64,000 nucleotides of DNA from a bacterium (GCA_965200245.1 CBDATS010000004.1:480001-544000), one strand, 5' to 3'. Positions 10,866 through 21,491 are shown, counted from the stretch's first letter. Notes: a model not told the origin generated them from the sequence alone. Program-made: numbers and translations.

Positions 10866-11674
10866 GTCATTACCTCTTTATCGAATACCTCTCCCACTAC
10901 GTCGTGTGAATTCGGAGAACAGGCGCCGGGTTGCAAATGGAGGAAGAATTCCCGGTTCCCCTTCGCACCCAGAATCTTGCTCAAGGCGATGCCTTGGGGA
11001 GACAATCTCATCTGAAGCGTTTTATCCCAGATACGGAGGAGCACTTCGCGGTGATGTTCAGGGTCGCGAACTATCCCTCCCTTGCCGACACGTCCCTTCC
11101 CCACCTCGAATTGCGGTTTGATGAGCACGAGCATCTCACCATCGTCGTCGAGCAAACCATGAATCGGTCCGAGCACCTTTGCGACGGAGATGAACGAAAC
11201 ATCCACGACGCATAACCTCGGGCGTTCCTCTCCGGCCAACTTCTGAAACATTTCCGGCGTCAGATGCCTGGCGTTGACACCCTCCAGAAGGGTAACCCGC
11301 GGATCATTCCTCAGTTTCCAGTCAATCAAGCCCTTGCCTACGTCCACCGACGCAACGCGGCGGGCTCCACGGGCAAGCAGCATATCGGTGAATCCACCCG
11401 TCGACGCGCCAACGTCCATGCAATACTTCTCCAAGGGGTCGACGCCAAAGACATCCAGCGCACCAACGAGTTTCAGGCTTCCCCGGCTCACATAGGGGCA
11501 AGGATCTTTTTTGAGGGTGATAGATGCTTCTAGCGGAAATGAAGAACCCGCCTTTGAAGCGGGTTCGCCATCGACACTGACCAGACCGGCCAAAATCAGG
11601 CTGCGCGCACGCTCCCGACTCGGGGCGAGCGCGCGTTCAACGAGTAATTTATCGAGCCTCTGTTTCTGTGCCAT
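10862..11674 (-). CDS. tlyA: TlyA-family RNA methyltransferase
   Basis: N-terminal S4 domain (RLDKLL), YVSRG, DVGASTGGFTD, DVSFIS, KPQFE, GNREF. Confidence 0.93.
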   Translation of the reverse strand: MAQKQRLDKLLVERALAPSRERARSLILAGLVSVDGEPASKAGSSFPLEASITLKKDPCPYVSRGSLKLVGALDVFGVDPLEKYCMDVGASTGGFTDMLLARGARRVASVDVGKGLIDWKLRNDPRVTLLEGVNARHLTPEMFQKLAGEERPRLCVVDVSFISVAKVLGPIHGLLDDDGEMLVLIKPQFEVGKGRVGKGGIVRDPEHHREVLLRIWDKTLQMRLSPQGIALSKILGAKGNREFFLHLQPGACSPNSHDVVGEVFDKEVMT

Positions 11675-13586
11675 GCGCCTCCAGATCGGCAGAATCAGCC
11701 TCGTCTTGCATCAAGACACGAGCCGCCTGGGTGATATCACCCGGCGTCAGTCCACAATCCTCGAGCTGGAGTTGAGGCGCCCCGTGCTCAATAAACCGAT
11801 CGGGAATACCCAGAACCGTGGTAGAAACGTCCTGGATGCCATTCTCTGCCAAGAGTTCCAGAACGCCAGCCCCCATCCCACCGACGCGCGTACCCTCCTC
11901 AATCGTCACGACGCGCTTACACCGCCTGGCGAGTCCTAAAACTTTCTCATCATCCATCGGTTTGACAAAGCGAAGATTCAAGACCGATGCCCGTATTCCG
12001 AGTTCTTGCAATTGCGCAGCAGACTCCATCGCGAGACCAACCATGGGACCCAAGGCGATGAGAGCGACATCTTCGCCATCGCGAAGCAGTTCCGCCTCTC
12101 CGACAGGAATCGTCTCGATATCCTCATCCAACGGCACCCCAACGCCTGAGCCACGCGCAAAGCGCACTGCTGCAGGACCCGGATATTCAATCGCGGTTAA
12201 GACCATTTTCTGAAGTTCGTTTTCGTCTTTAGGCGACATGATGACCATGTTCGGCAGACACCGAAGATAGGCCAGGTCATAAGCCCCTTGATGGGTGGGG
12301 CCGTCATCACCGACAAGTCCGGCCCGATCCAGCGCAAAGGTAACGGGCACATTCGTGAGGCAAACGTCATGGATGATCTGATCGTAGGCGCGCTGCAAGA
12401 AAGTGCTGTAAATGGCGACGACCGGCTTCATGTCCTCAAGCGCGAGCCCTGTAGCAAAAGTTACCGCATGCTGTTCGCACATCCCTACGTCAAAGCAGCG
12501 ATCCGGCAAGGCTTTTTGATAGTTGACGAGCGCCGTACCCTCAAGCATAGCTGCCGAGATGGCGACAACCTTTTCATCCTTTTTGCTGAGCTTGATCATG
12601 GTATCGGTAAAAACTTTTGAATAACCGGGAGGTCCAGGTGCTTTTTTGTGGAATTTGCCGGATTCGGGGTCGAATTTCGTCACACCGTGATAAGTGATAG
12701 GTTCTGCCTCGCTGTGGGGATACCCATATCCTTTGCGCGTAACGACGTGAACGAGATTGGGACCATCCATATTTTTCACGTTTTTAAGTGTGGGAATCAG
12801 CAAATCGAGCCTGTGCCCATCTACCGGGCCGATGTACCGAAAACCCAGTTCTTCAAACAAAATGCCCGGTACGATGATATTTTTCAGAGATTCTTCCACC
12901 CTGTCCATGAGCGTAACGGCATGATTGCCCACCAAGGGGAGGTGACTGATTATTTTCTGAACTTCGCCGCGCACCTTGCGGATCCGATTCGACCACTCAC
13001 CCGTCATAATTCGCGCCAAGTAGGAACACATCGCACCCACGTTATGCGAAATTCCCATTTTATTGTCGTTGAGAATGACGGTGAGATTTCTCTTTGCATC
13101 GCCAGCGTTGTTGAGCCCTTCCATCGCCAAGCCGGCTGTCAAGCTCCCGTCTCCAATAATGGCGACGACCTGATAATCCTCACCCGAAAGGTCCCGCGCC
13201 GTGGCCATGCCCAATGCCGCCGATATGGAGGTACCTCCATGCGCCACATTCAGATGGTCATATTCACTCTCGCGCCTGTCCGGAAAACCGGCGATTCCCT
13301 TCCACTGCCTCAGCGTATGGAAACTATCCCGTCGCCCCGTCAATATCTTGTGGGTATAGGCCTGATGGCCGACGTCCCAAATCAACTTGTCCTTCGGCGT
13401 GTCATAGAGATAGTGAAGCGCTACAATGAGTTCCGCCGCTCCCAAGGAAGCGCCGAGATGCCCACCCGTGTTGGAGGTTACCTGAATAACCATATCGCGG
13501 AGTTCATCCACGACCTGAGGCAACTCCTTCGCTGACAGTCGCTTCAAATCCGCCGGGCTATCTATACGTTCGAGCAATTCACCCAT
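11649..13586 (-). CDS. dxs: 1-deoxy-D-xylulose-5-phosphate synthase
   Basis: GGHLG, WDVGHQAY, GDG...NDN TPP motif, DRAGLVGDDGPTHQG. Confidence 0.97.
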   Translation of the reverse strand: MGELLERIDSPADLKRLSAKELPQVVDELRDMVIQVTSNTGGHLGASLGAAELIVALHYLYDTPKDKLIWDVGHQAYTHKILTGRRDSFHTLRQWKGIAGFPDRRESEYDHLNVAHGGTSISAALGMATARDLSGEDYQVVAIIGDGSLTAGLAMEGLNNAGDAKRNLTVILNDNKMGISHNVGAMCSYLARIMTGEWSNRIRKVRGEVQKIISHLPLVGNHAVTLMDRVEESLKNIIVPGILFEELGFRYIGPVDGHRLDLLIPTLKNVKNMDGPNLVHVVTRKGYGYPHSEAEPITYHGVTKFDPESGKFHKKAPGPPGYSKVFTDTMIKLSKKDEKVVAISAAMLEGTALVNYQKALPDRCFDVGMCEQHAVTFATGLALEDMKPVVAIYSTFLQRAYDQIIHDVCLTNVPVTFALDRAGLVGDDGPTHQGAYDLAYLRCLPNMVIMSPKDENELQKMVLTAIEYPGPAAVRFARGSGVGVPLDEDIETIPVGEAELLRDGEDVALIALGPMVGLAMESAAQLQELGIRASVLNLRFVKPMDDEKVLGLARRCKRVVTIEEGTRVGGMGAGVLELLAENGIQDVSTTVLGIPDRFIEHGAPQLQLEDCGLTPGDITQAARVLMQDEADSADLEAHGTETEAR

Positions 13587-13699
13587 AACGCCCCCCTACT
13601 GACACTCGCTTCGACACAGAGTCTGCGTCATCATGGAAATGCCACCCTTCCCGACATTTCCGTTTTGGTTCAAAGTCAATCAAGAAATATAGTAGATTG

Positions 13700-14617
13700 T
13701 CAGAACCGACGCAAGATAATAAATTGCGCCAAAGATTCGAGTTCCGGCGCATTATTCGGGAAAATTTCCAACGCTTGCAATGCTTCCTCGCAAGCGGAGC
13801 GCGCCAGTTTTTTCGACGTCTCCATACCATACAAGGCGGGATAGGTTGCTTTGTTCAGCCCCTCATCCGAACCCGTGGGCTTTCCCATGAGGGCTTCATC
13901 GCCTTCCACATCCAAAATATCGTCCACAATTTGAAACGCCAGTCCAATCCTCTCTCCATAAACGTGCAACGCTTCCAGCTGCGCTTCATCACCGCCACCG
14001 AGTAGGCCCCCCAAACAAACGGAAACCCTCAAGAGCGCACCCGTTTTTCTCCTATGGATTTCCTCCAAATGTGCCACATCACTCACCAGGCCATCGGCCC
14101 GAATGTCCAAAAGCTGTCCCCCTACCATACCCGTCGCACCCACCGCCTCCGCGACCATTCGAATCGCTTGCACATGGCGTTCAGGCGAAATTTTCGCCGC
14201 CATTCGTTCGTTCGCCATCAACTCGAAGGCCAAGGCCTGCAACCCATCACCTGCGAGAATCGCCGCCGCCTGGCCATATACCTTGTGACTCGTAGGCATC
14301 CCGCGTCTGAGGTTGTCATCGTCCATGGCGGGCAAATCATCATGGATCAAGGAATAGGAGTGAATACACTCCAGGGCACAGGCGGCAGGCAGGATGAATT
14401 CGGGGTTTGCGCCTACGGCTTCGCATCCAGCCAAGCAAAGCACGGGGCGCAGGCGCTTCCCTCCCGCGAAAAGGCTGTAGCGCATGATCTCGAAAATCTC
14501 GGGTGGTTCGGAGGATTCTGGCACAAGGCGACCCAACTCATCTTCCACGCGTTTCGCCCATCGATCCAGGTAAGCTGCGGCATCAATACCGCCTGTGGGT
14601 TCGACCTCAGACATCAT
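13700..14617 (-). CDS. ispA: farnesyl/geranyl diphosphate synthase
   Basis: GGKRLRP, DDLPAMDDD, FQIVDDILD; lies between xseB and dxs. Confidence 0.92.
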   Translation of the reverse strand: MMSEVEPTGGIDAAAYLDRWAKRVEDELGRLVPESSEPPEIFEIMRYSLFAGGKRLRPVLCLAGCEAVGANPEFILPAACALECIHSYSLIHDDLPAMDDDNLRRGMPTSHKVYGQAAAILAGDGLQALAFELMANERMAAKISPERHVQAIRMVAEAVGATGMVGGQLLDIRADGLVSDVAHLEEIHRRKTGALLRVSVCLGGLLGGGDEAQLEALHVYGERIGLAFQIVDDILDVEGDEALMGKPTGSDEGLNKATYPALYGMETSKKLARSACEEALQALEIFPNNAPELESLAQFIILRRF

Positions 14618-14876
14618 CTTCACCATTTTCAAACGGATGCAACGAAAACGTTTCTTCCGATCCTCCGACGAGTTCTTCCACTTTCTTTTGCGCTGCGTTC
14701 AACTGCTCCCGGCTATAGCGGAAGAGCTTCACACCCTCTTCATACAACAAAACCGCCTTCTCCAGGGAAGGTTCACCCCCTTCAAGTTCTTCGACGACAG
14801 CTTCCAGGCGCTCCAGCGCAGCCTCGAAACTTTTTGGTTCCGCATCAGAGTTCACGGACACATTCTCCGTATTCAT
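14607..14876 (-). CDS. xseB: exodeoxyribonuclease VII small subunit
   Basis: SFEAALERLEAVVEELE...LYEEGVKL; synteny with xseA. Confidence 0.92.
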   Translation of the reverse strand: MNTENVSVNSDAEPKSFEAALERLEAVVEELEGGEPSLEKAVLLYEEGVKLFRYSREQLNAAQKKVEELVGGSEETFSLHPFENGEDDV

Positions 14877-16273
14877 GGCCCCTCTCCCTCGGGCAGTACT
14901 TCTTCGACTCGGCACCTCAAACCACCTTGCGATAAACGAATCCGCACGAATTCCTGTTTTCTCACGTTTTCGACCTTTTTCACCAATGCGCCATCCAGTT
15001 CCTTGTACACCAAGCTGTATCCCCGCGCCAAAACGGCCAGCGGCGACACCAACTCAAGGCGTCCAGCAGTAGTCTTTAACACACCCGCCCTGTTTTTCAA
15101 CAACAATCCTTGCGCCGTATGCAAGTGTTTCAAATTGTCTTCGAGTCTTGATATCAATACACCTATTTTCACTTTGGGTGAGAGCATCCGCAACCTCGGA
15201 CCCATCCCCTCCAAATACATCCGCCCCATCTGCTCTCTTTGCCTGGCGGCCGTGCTCATTCGCTCATAGAGGGCATCCAGACGCTGCGCCAACGATTCGA
15301 GCGGGGCTTCTGGCCTTCTGAATACAGGTTCTCTCAGAAAACGGGACAATCTCTCATCGAAAGAGGCCAGGAGAGTTTCCACCGCCCGGCGCGCATCCTG
15401 GATCAAGTCGGAAACGTCTCTGGCGACATTCTGCCAGTTCCTGGCCACTCGCTCGGCCGCCGCCGTGGGCGTGAGTGCCGATTCATCGGCTGCCAAATCG
15501 CCAAGCGAGGTATCGACCTCATGCCCCACCGCCGACATGATGGGCGTTCTGCAATCAGCGATTGCCCGAACCACCTCCTCTTCGTTGAACGCCCATAAAT
15601 CCTCCCGGCTTCCTCCACCGCGACCCGTGATGATGAGGTCTACGGGACGCCCCATCGCTGCGAGATTCTCATCCGCTCTTCGAATCGCCGCCGCGATAGA
15701 AGAAGCGGCGCTCTCTCCCTGCACCTGGGTGTGAACGATGACGATTTCCACAATCGGTGCGCGTTCCTTGAAAACCCGCAACATATCCTGCAAGGCGGCG
15801 CCTTCACGGCTCGTCACCAATGCCACGCATCGAGGACGTTGGGGGATATCCATTTTCCGCAACGGATCGAACAGACCTTCTTTTTCCAGTCGTTCATGCA
15901 ACTGTCGAAAGGCGACCTCAAGCGCGCCTTCTCCCAAGGGCTCCATCGAAAGTGCCGATAACTGGAAGTTTCCTTCCTTCTCATAAAGGGTCACACGACA
16001 ACGGATCATTACGCGTATGCCCACTTCGGGCTCGAAGCGCAAAAAACGCCTCCGGCCCGAAAACATCACCGCGCTTACCCTGGATGCGGCGTCTTTCAGA
16101 GCGAAATAGGAATGTCCGGATATGTGGTTGTTCAAGGATGAGATTTCACCCTCGACCAATATCTCGCCTAATTCACCTTCCAGCAATTCTTTCACGCGCG
16201 CGTTGAGTTGTGAGACGGTGAACACCGCCGGGGCTGCACGAGGCGTATCGTTACCCAGAAGGTCTACATTCAT
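14873..16273 (-). CDS. xseA: exodeoxyribonuclease VII large subunit
   Basis: SGHSYFALKD, RGGGSREDLWAFNEE, VGHEVD, TPTAAAE, LARGY. Confidence 0.95.
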   Translation of the reverse strand: MNVDLLGNDTPRAAPAVFTVSQLNARVKELLEGELGEILVEGEISSLNNHISGHSYFALKDAASRVSAVMFSGRRRFLRFEPEVGIRVMIRCRVTLYEKEGNFQLSALSMEPLGEGALEVAFRQLHERLEKEGLFDPLRKMDIPQRPRCVALVTSREGAALQDMLRVFKERAPIVEIVIVHTQVQGESAASSIAAAIRRADENLAAMGRPVDLIITGRGGGSREDLWAFNEEEVVRAIADCRTPIMSAVGHEVDTSLGDLAADESALTPTAAAERVARNWQNVARDVSDLIQDARRAVETLLASFDERLSRFLREPVFRRPEAPLESLAQRLDALYERMSTAARQREQMGRMYLEGMGPRLRMLSPKVKIGVLISRLEDNLKHLHTAQGLLLKNRAGVLKTTAGRLELVSPLAVLARGYSLVYKELDGALVKKVENVRKQEFVRIRLSQGGLRCRVEEVLPEGEGP

Positions 16274-16292
16274 TCGGGAACCTTTATCAGTT

Positions 16293-17159
16293 CTATGCCC
16301 CCACTTCTTGCGACTGGAGAGAGTATGCACGAACCGTGTTCATCATCAGCATGGCGACCGTCATCGGTCCCACACCACCCGGCACAGGCGTGATAGCGGA
16401 AACCTTCTCAATCAAAGGTTCGAAATCACAATCGCCGACCAGTTCCCCATCCACCCGGTTAATGCCGACATCGACCACTATGGCCCCTTGCCGAACCATA
16501 TCCTCGGTCAGGAATTTCGCCCTCCCCAAGGCTGCCACTACGATATCGGCTTCTCTCGTGATGGCGGGAATGTCGCGTGTCCGGGAGTGGCACACTGTCA
16601 CCGTCGCATTCTCGTGCAGCATCAATATCGACAGAGGAAGCCCCACAATCTTGCTACGCCCGATGATGACCGTTTTCTTCCCTTCCAAGCCGATGTCGTA
16701 GAACTTCAAAATCTCGAGGACTCCGGCAGGCGTACAGGGTTTGAGTTCTCCCTGTTTTAGCGCCAGCTTTCCGAAATTCTCCGGATGAAAGACGTCGGCG
16801 TCTTTGCGGGGAGATACCTTGCGCAGCACTTCATCCTCATTCAAATGTCCGGGGATCGGCAGCTGCACCAATATCCCATCCACCTTGTCATCGTGGTTCA
16901 ATTCTTCGATCAGCGAAACGATATCCTCTTGCCTCGCATTCTCGTCGAGATGGTGATCGAAGGTCTGGATGCCGAGCTTCTTGGCGGAACGTCCCTTGAT
17001 GCGGACGTATACCTGAGAGGCCGGGTCCTCTCCCACCAGCACGACGGCGAGCCCCGGAGGCCTGCCGACCTTGGGAGTCAGGGTATCGATGGAAGTCTTG
17101 AGTTCCTCCATCACCTTGTCAGCCACGGGTTTACCTTCCAGGAGCAGGGCTTGTGGCAT
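16293..17159 (-). CDS. folD: methylenetetrahydrofolate dehydrogenase/cyclohydrolase
   Basis: GILVQLP, PCTPAG, GRSKIVG, TPVPGGVGPMT. Confidence 0.96.
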   Translation of the reverse strand: MPQALLLEGKPVADKVMEELKTSIDTLTPKVGRPPGLAVVLVGEDPASQVYVRIKGRSAKKLGIQTFDHHLDENARQEDIVSLIEELNHDDKVDGILVQLPIPGHLNEDEVLRKVSPRKDADVFHPENFGKLALKQGELKPCTPAGVLEILKFYDIGLEGKKTVIIGRSKIVGLPLSILMLHENATVTVCHSRTRDIPAITREADIVVAALGRAKFLTEDMVRQGAIVVDVGINRVDGELVGDCDFEPLIEKVSAITPVPGGVGPMTVAMLMMNTVRAYSLQSQEVGA

Positions 17160-17213
17160 TCTACATCCTTTATCTCGGGCGCGGCGGATACGAAATTTCG
17201 TCTCGAACAGGCA

Positions 17214-18185
17214 CTACACCAGAATTTTTCCGTCCTGGATGATCATCTGCTCATCAGCCCATACGGTGGGATGGTCGAAAATCATGTCGATGTGGAGCGG
17301 GGCTTCGATGTTGCCCCCGATGCTGCCGCTATCACCCACCGCCATGTGACAAGTGCCCCACGTCTTTTTTGCTTCCCGCATCGTCTCACGGGGCCTGCAC
17401 GCAGGATTCGTGCCGATGGCGAATTCAGCCACGTTCTTCGCCAGATCTCCGTTTTCATCGAGCAATTTCCAGAAACGATCCGCGGCGGCGCTTCCCGTAA
17501 TGGATGCGACTTTCCCTTCCTTAATCTCGATGCGCATTGGCTCGGTAACGAAACCCAAATCCTTTCGCTCAATAGAGAAGGGATTCACCATCACGCCGTT
17601 CGACGTGCCCTCCAGGGGACTCATGGCCGCTTCTCCGTCGGGACACGCCGCGAATTCTCCGGATTTTCTCGCCACGCCAATGAGGGGGAAACAGGTCCTG
17701 CCCTCAAGCGAGAACTCCATGTCACATCCGTCCGGCGTCGTGAACCGGCCCGTTATGGCCTCGGTGTAAATATCGGAAATCACTTGAGTGACACGGGCCA
17801 CCTCGTCGTAATCGGCCAAGGCACCTCCTGCGACCATCATATCCTCGCGCCATCCCCACATATCCAGAACGCGAGCACCCTGTTTGAGCGCGTTTCTGGC
17901 CGTCTCGGTATGGATAGTGGCGAAGCTGGTCTGGAGTATCACCACGTCGGAAGCCGCCATCGCCGCCCCCACTTGGGGCAGCGGGTCGATCCCCCCGTTC
18001 ATATGCGGGGGCATGTGCATGACAGAAAGCTTCGCTCCCGCGGCGCTTAAGGCATGCGCCAACGCTTCGGTGATCGAAGCGGGACGATCCGAATCCGTTA
18101 CAAGAAGCACCAGTTCGCGTTCTTTCACATCAAGAACCTGCTCGACGATACGCCTGGCAGTAGGTGCCATATTGAACTTTACCAT
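17214..18185 (-). CDS. thermophilic metalloprotease (M29/AmpT-like) fold protein
   Basis: PDGE, AEFAIGTNP, GTCHMAVG, HID motifs; ATG at 18185. Confidence 0.75.
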   Translation of the reverse strand: MVKFNMAPTARRIVEQVLDVKERELVLLVTDSDRPASITEALAHALSAAGAKLSVMHMPPHMNGGIDPLPQVGAAMAASDVVILQTSFATIHTETARNALKQGARVLDMWGWREDMMVAGGALADYDEVARVTQVISDIYTEAITGRFTTPDGCDMEFSLEGRTCFPLIGVARKSGEFAACPDGEAAMSPLEGTSNGVMVNPFSIERKDLGFVTEPMRIEIKEGKVASITGSAAADRFWKLLDENGDLAKNVAEFAIGTNPACRPRETMREAKKTWGTCHMAVGDSGSIGGNIEAPLHIDMIFDHPTVWADEQMIIQDGKILV

Positions 18186-19031
18186 TTCATCACCCCTGTG
18201 GGCTGGAAACCAAGAATTGATGACGCCTCGACAAAATGAATTGTCTCCCGGCGGAACTGTCTTTTGAATCGCAGCATTATATGGGCCTGGGAAATATAGT
18301 CGCAAGAGCACGATCCGGTATGCGAAGAAACGTTGGCATCCGAGAGTATTTTTCCATACTCAGCCCATACACAGCGAACACACAGGTAAAAAATTCCAGA
18401 AATCCTTGCCTTCCAGCAAACTTCATCATCAAAATCAAGAACAAAAGTGACGATCCATGCGTTATGATGATCGAGTGGAAAAGTCCACCGGCAGTGCTTG
18501 GATCTGAAAAATTCCACCGCTGATTGTGCTTCCTTTCCCTGCAATCAGGTTGTACGGTTTTGTTTATTTTCCACACGAATTTCCAAACGGGGGAAATGGA
18601 ACAGCGGGAAATGATATTATGTCCAAAGGCCCACAAGACAAAAAAGGCCAAGCGATGTCACATGTTGCGCTGGATGAGTCGCCAAGGTCGCTACAGGCGA
18701 ACTCGGAGACGTGCAACAAAGAGCAGGAAGGTAGGTCCAATAGCGATCTATCTTACACCTGAGCGCAGGAAAGAAACCACACAAAACGGTGCGGCGGTGT
18801 GCAGCAGCTTGCAAGAAATTCCGATGATTTCCTCTCTTGACTACAAATTCCTCGTTGAAGTCGGCGCGGGTCGTGTTCCCGCCAAAGACCCCTGGCACCT
18901 GTACCCGATCCTAGTATCAGGCAATTCGATATGTTTCCAAGCACCGACACTGGTCTTGGACTGGCAGGCGTCGTTTCGCCGCGCTGGTGGCGATAGCACC
19001 TATCCGTACCCCACACTATTCTGGGCATCCC

Positions 19032-19541
19032 TCACCTGTGATGCCAAATCTCTGGCTCAGGCGGCCGAAGTTCCATTAACTGAAGCAACTTTCTCCTGAG
19101 CCTCTTTACTTGGCTTCGCGTCCATGTCTCTTGGTTTTTCAACCGTGCCAGCGCGTGTGCGATATTTTCGGGGCCTGCGTCATCGACTACACATACCTCC
19201 TGCGACTTTCCGCGGGTCCGAAGTTCACGCACATCTCTTGCGACAACGATGGCAATCCCCCGATACATATTTGTGGGCTTCCTCGCCTCGAATGTCCGAC
19301 CTCGTTCATCGATCTCCTGCAGACAAACGCAATTCAACCTCGTGAAAGAGAGCCCGTGGCGCGATGAATCTTGTGAAGGAATGACTGTCGGTGACAAGAA
19401 CCCGTCGTCATTGACGTAATCTTCGAGGTAAATGAAACGAGCGGGCGTTTCTTCATCCAACACAATGCCCGGTGAACCTTCAGATTGTGGTTCGCACTCT
19501 TCCGGGCAAGTTGTCTGTTCACCGTCGCCGCTGGCGACCAT
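19032..19541 (-). CDS. hypothetical protein of mobile-island type (R...GLS...AHA pattern)
   Basis: intact 169-aa ORF overlapping the 3' end of an upstream degraded gene. Confidence 0.55.
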   Translation of the reverse strand: MVASGDGEQTTCPEECEPQSEGSPGIVLDEETPARFIYLEDYVNDDGFLSPTVIPSQDSSRHGLSFTRLNCVCLQEIDERGRTFEARKPTNMYRGIAIVVARDVRELRTRGKSQEVCVVDDAGPENIAHALARLKNQETWTRSQVKRLRRKLLQLMELRPPEPEIWHHR

Positions 19542-19863
19542 TCGAGACCGTCAGAATCGCATCGAGTAGTGCGCGTGGTATGGAGCGACCAGTGAATTCG
19601 ACTGAATCATCGATATCAATCGCTTTTTGTTTCACTTCAGCGAAAAAATGAAGCATGCCATCACCAACAAAGCCGACATCAAACAAAACATCATCGCTTC
19701 GTCAATAAATGCAATTTTCTCCATCCTCAGCGACGGCAACGCTTGGGAGTTTGACATTTCACGGAAGCGAATTGATGAACCTCGTCGCGGCATCGACCGC
19801 CTCCCTCGTTGGAACTACACTCGTTTCGTCCACAAAGCCACCCTCAATTCGCCAGTTGCTCAC
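19519..19863 (-). pseudogene. degraded hypothetical partner gene with two in-frame TGA stops
   Basis: manual translation of one frame: VVPTREAVDAATRFINSLP*NVKLPSVAVAEDGENCIY*RSDDVLFDVGFVGDGMLHFF...RRR*. Confidence 0.55.
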
Positions 19864-20394
19864 CTAGAGAGGAGCGACGTCAGCCAAGCCGCTCGTTGAG
19901 AACTCAAAACCTTCATCGGTTGCACCCATGGCAGGCGGGTTTACGACATATGGTTTGGAACTCATATACAATGCTACCCACGGTAGTATCGCATACATTT
20001 CCACGTTTCCTGGGCTAAGTAACTTCGCCACCTCCACGTGCCTTAACCCCTACCCAGCGGCCATGCAGAATATCCGCCCTAATTGACTTGGATTTATATG
20101 TCCCAAGAACGTCACACTACCCTTATGGAAACACAAAGTTAAGGCTTTGGGTAATTCTGTATCGTCTTGACAAACTGCTTCGATGTCGCCTCCCGATAGT
20201 CGGCTTTTCATGGAGTTTTCTTTGTCTATGCTGGTCTGGAGTTCTTGTTGTCACTCGCTAAACATGACATTCTGATCTCGTGCCGTTGTCATATTATGCA
20301 GTGATCGAAGGCTGGCCAGAGAGGGAGCGACCAAACTCGCCGGATGTGCGACCATTCCATATCTTTTGATCGGAATACCTCATTGGGTCATCTC

Positions 20395-20694
20395 TATGGG
20401 TTGTTGTTGAAACTTGGTCTCGATCTTTGCATTCCCATTGAGACCCGGACTGTTGCCGGCAAATCTGTGCACTCTGTCGGTGCCGGTACGCTCCTCGCTT
20501 GTCTCGGCAAAGCGATCTCCCGCGATGATGTGGAGGCGCTGGCGTCCGGGATCGCTGACTGGCATGACACGCTCGCGCCAGCCAGCGAAACCACTATCGT
20601 GTTTCGCGACAGCGCCTTTGCCGACGATGTCGCCAAGACAAACCTCGCGGCCATTCTTGAACAGCGTGGCCTCGGGAACGTCCGAAGCCTGTGA
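20395..20694 (+). pseudogene. 3' fragment of a type III restriction-modification methyltransferase (Mod)
   Basis: LLKLGLDL..PIE...VFRDSAFADDVAKTNLAAILEQ...VRSL matches the typical Mod C-terminus; the catalytic region is absent. Confidence 0.8.
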
Positions 20695-20717
20695 TACCGA
20701 CGGGGGAAGAAGAGTCC

Positions 20718-20979
20718 ATGAACCGGCATGAGTGGCTGCTGCAGACCATTCTCCACGGACGGTCGGATGCGAACATCCGCTTTGCCGACTTGCGTGCCCT
20801 GTTGCAGTATCTGGGATTCGCGGAGCGCGTTCGCGGAAGCCACCACGTCTATCGGAAAGCTGGTGTGGTCGAAAAACTCAACCTGCAGACTGCAGAGCAG
20901 TGGCGGACAGGCCAAACCTTATCAGGTGAGACAGGTTCGACAGTTGATCCTGAGATACCAACTGGGAGAAAACGACTGA
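20718..20979 (+). pseudogene. hicA: HicA-family toxin, frameshifted
   Basis: RVRGSHHVY...NLQ/…AKPYQVRQVR; a tandem CTGCAGA duplication at 20883-20896 breaks the frame. Confidence 0.82.
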
Positions 20980-21191
20980 TGCTCAAGTACGAGATCATCA
21001 TTTACTGGAGCAACGAAGATCGGGTGTTCATTGCCGAGGTGCCCGAGTTGCCTGGGTGCATGGGGCACGGCGACGATCAAGAGTCTGCGTTACGGAACAT
21101 CAACGACGCGATGCAACTCTGGATTGATACCACACGGGAATTCGGCGATCCCGTGCCTGAACCCAAGGGTGAACGCCTGATGTTCGCTTGA
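20979..21191 (+). CDS. hicB: HicB-family antitoxin
   Basis: YEIIIYWSNED..FIAEVPELPGC..HG...PVPEP; TGATG coupling to hicA. Confidence 0.88.
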   Translation: MLKYEIIIYWSNEDRVFIAEVPELPGCMGHGDDQESALRNINDAMQLWIDTTREFGDPVPEPKGERLMFA

Positions 21192-21222
21192 CAGAACTCT
21201 CCCAAAGGAACCCGCCCCAGCC

Positions 21223-21420
21223 ATGATGAAGCCTCGTTTCGAGTCCAATCTTGATTTTCAGTTGCAGGTGATGGATGTCGTCTGCAACTGGCTGTGCAAC
21301 CCAAGATTCTACTGGACGGAGCCCACAACCACGCGAGAGCAGATATACCCGAAACACAGGTTTGCCTTTTTCTGGGAGGGTTTCTGTAAGAACAACCGAC
21401 TAACACTGTTCGACGACAAG
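21223..21420 (+). pseudogene. 5' fragment of a type III restriction endonuclease (Res), copy 1
   Basis: MKPRFESNLDFQLQ...NRLTLFDD resembles Res N-termini; follows mod and hicAB. Confidence 0.7.
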
Positions 21421-21491
21421 AGTCCCGAAAGCATGAGCTGCCTCACTGGAGCAATGGCAGGGACGTTTCGAGTTCTCGAAGGTTCTACACC

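Noticed and set aside
18524-19099. 191-aa ORF and overlapping small ORFs at the left edge of the island
   Set aside because: No recognisable family; probably decayed sequence. No att site or integrase could be supported.
19519-19863. genome-wide TGA reassignment suggested by in-frame TGAs
   Set aside because: Many intact genes here end in TGA at their expected lengths (rlmN, iscS, greA, mrpC). These two TGAs are not at Cys-like positions and fit nonsense mutations.
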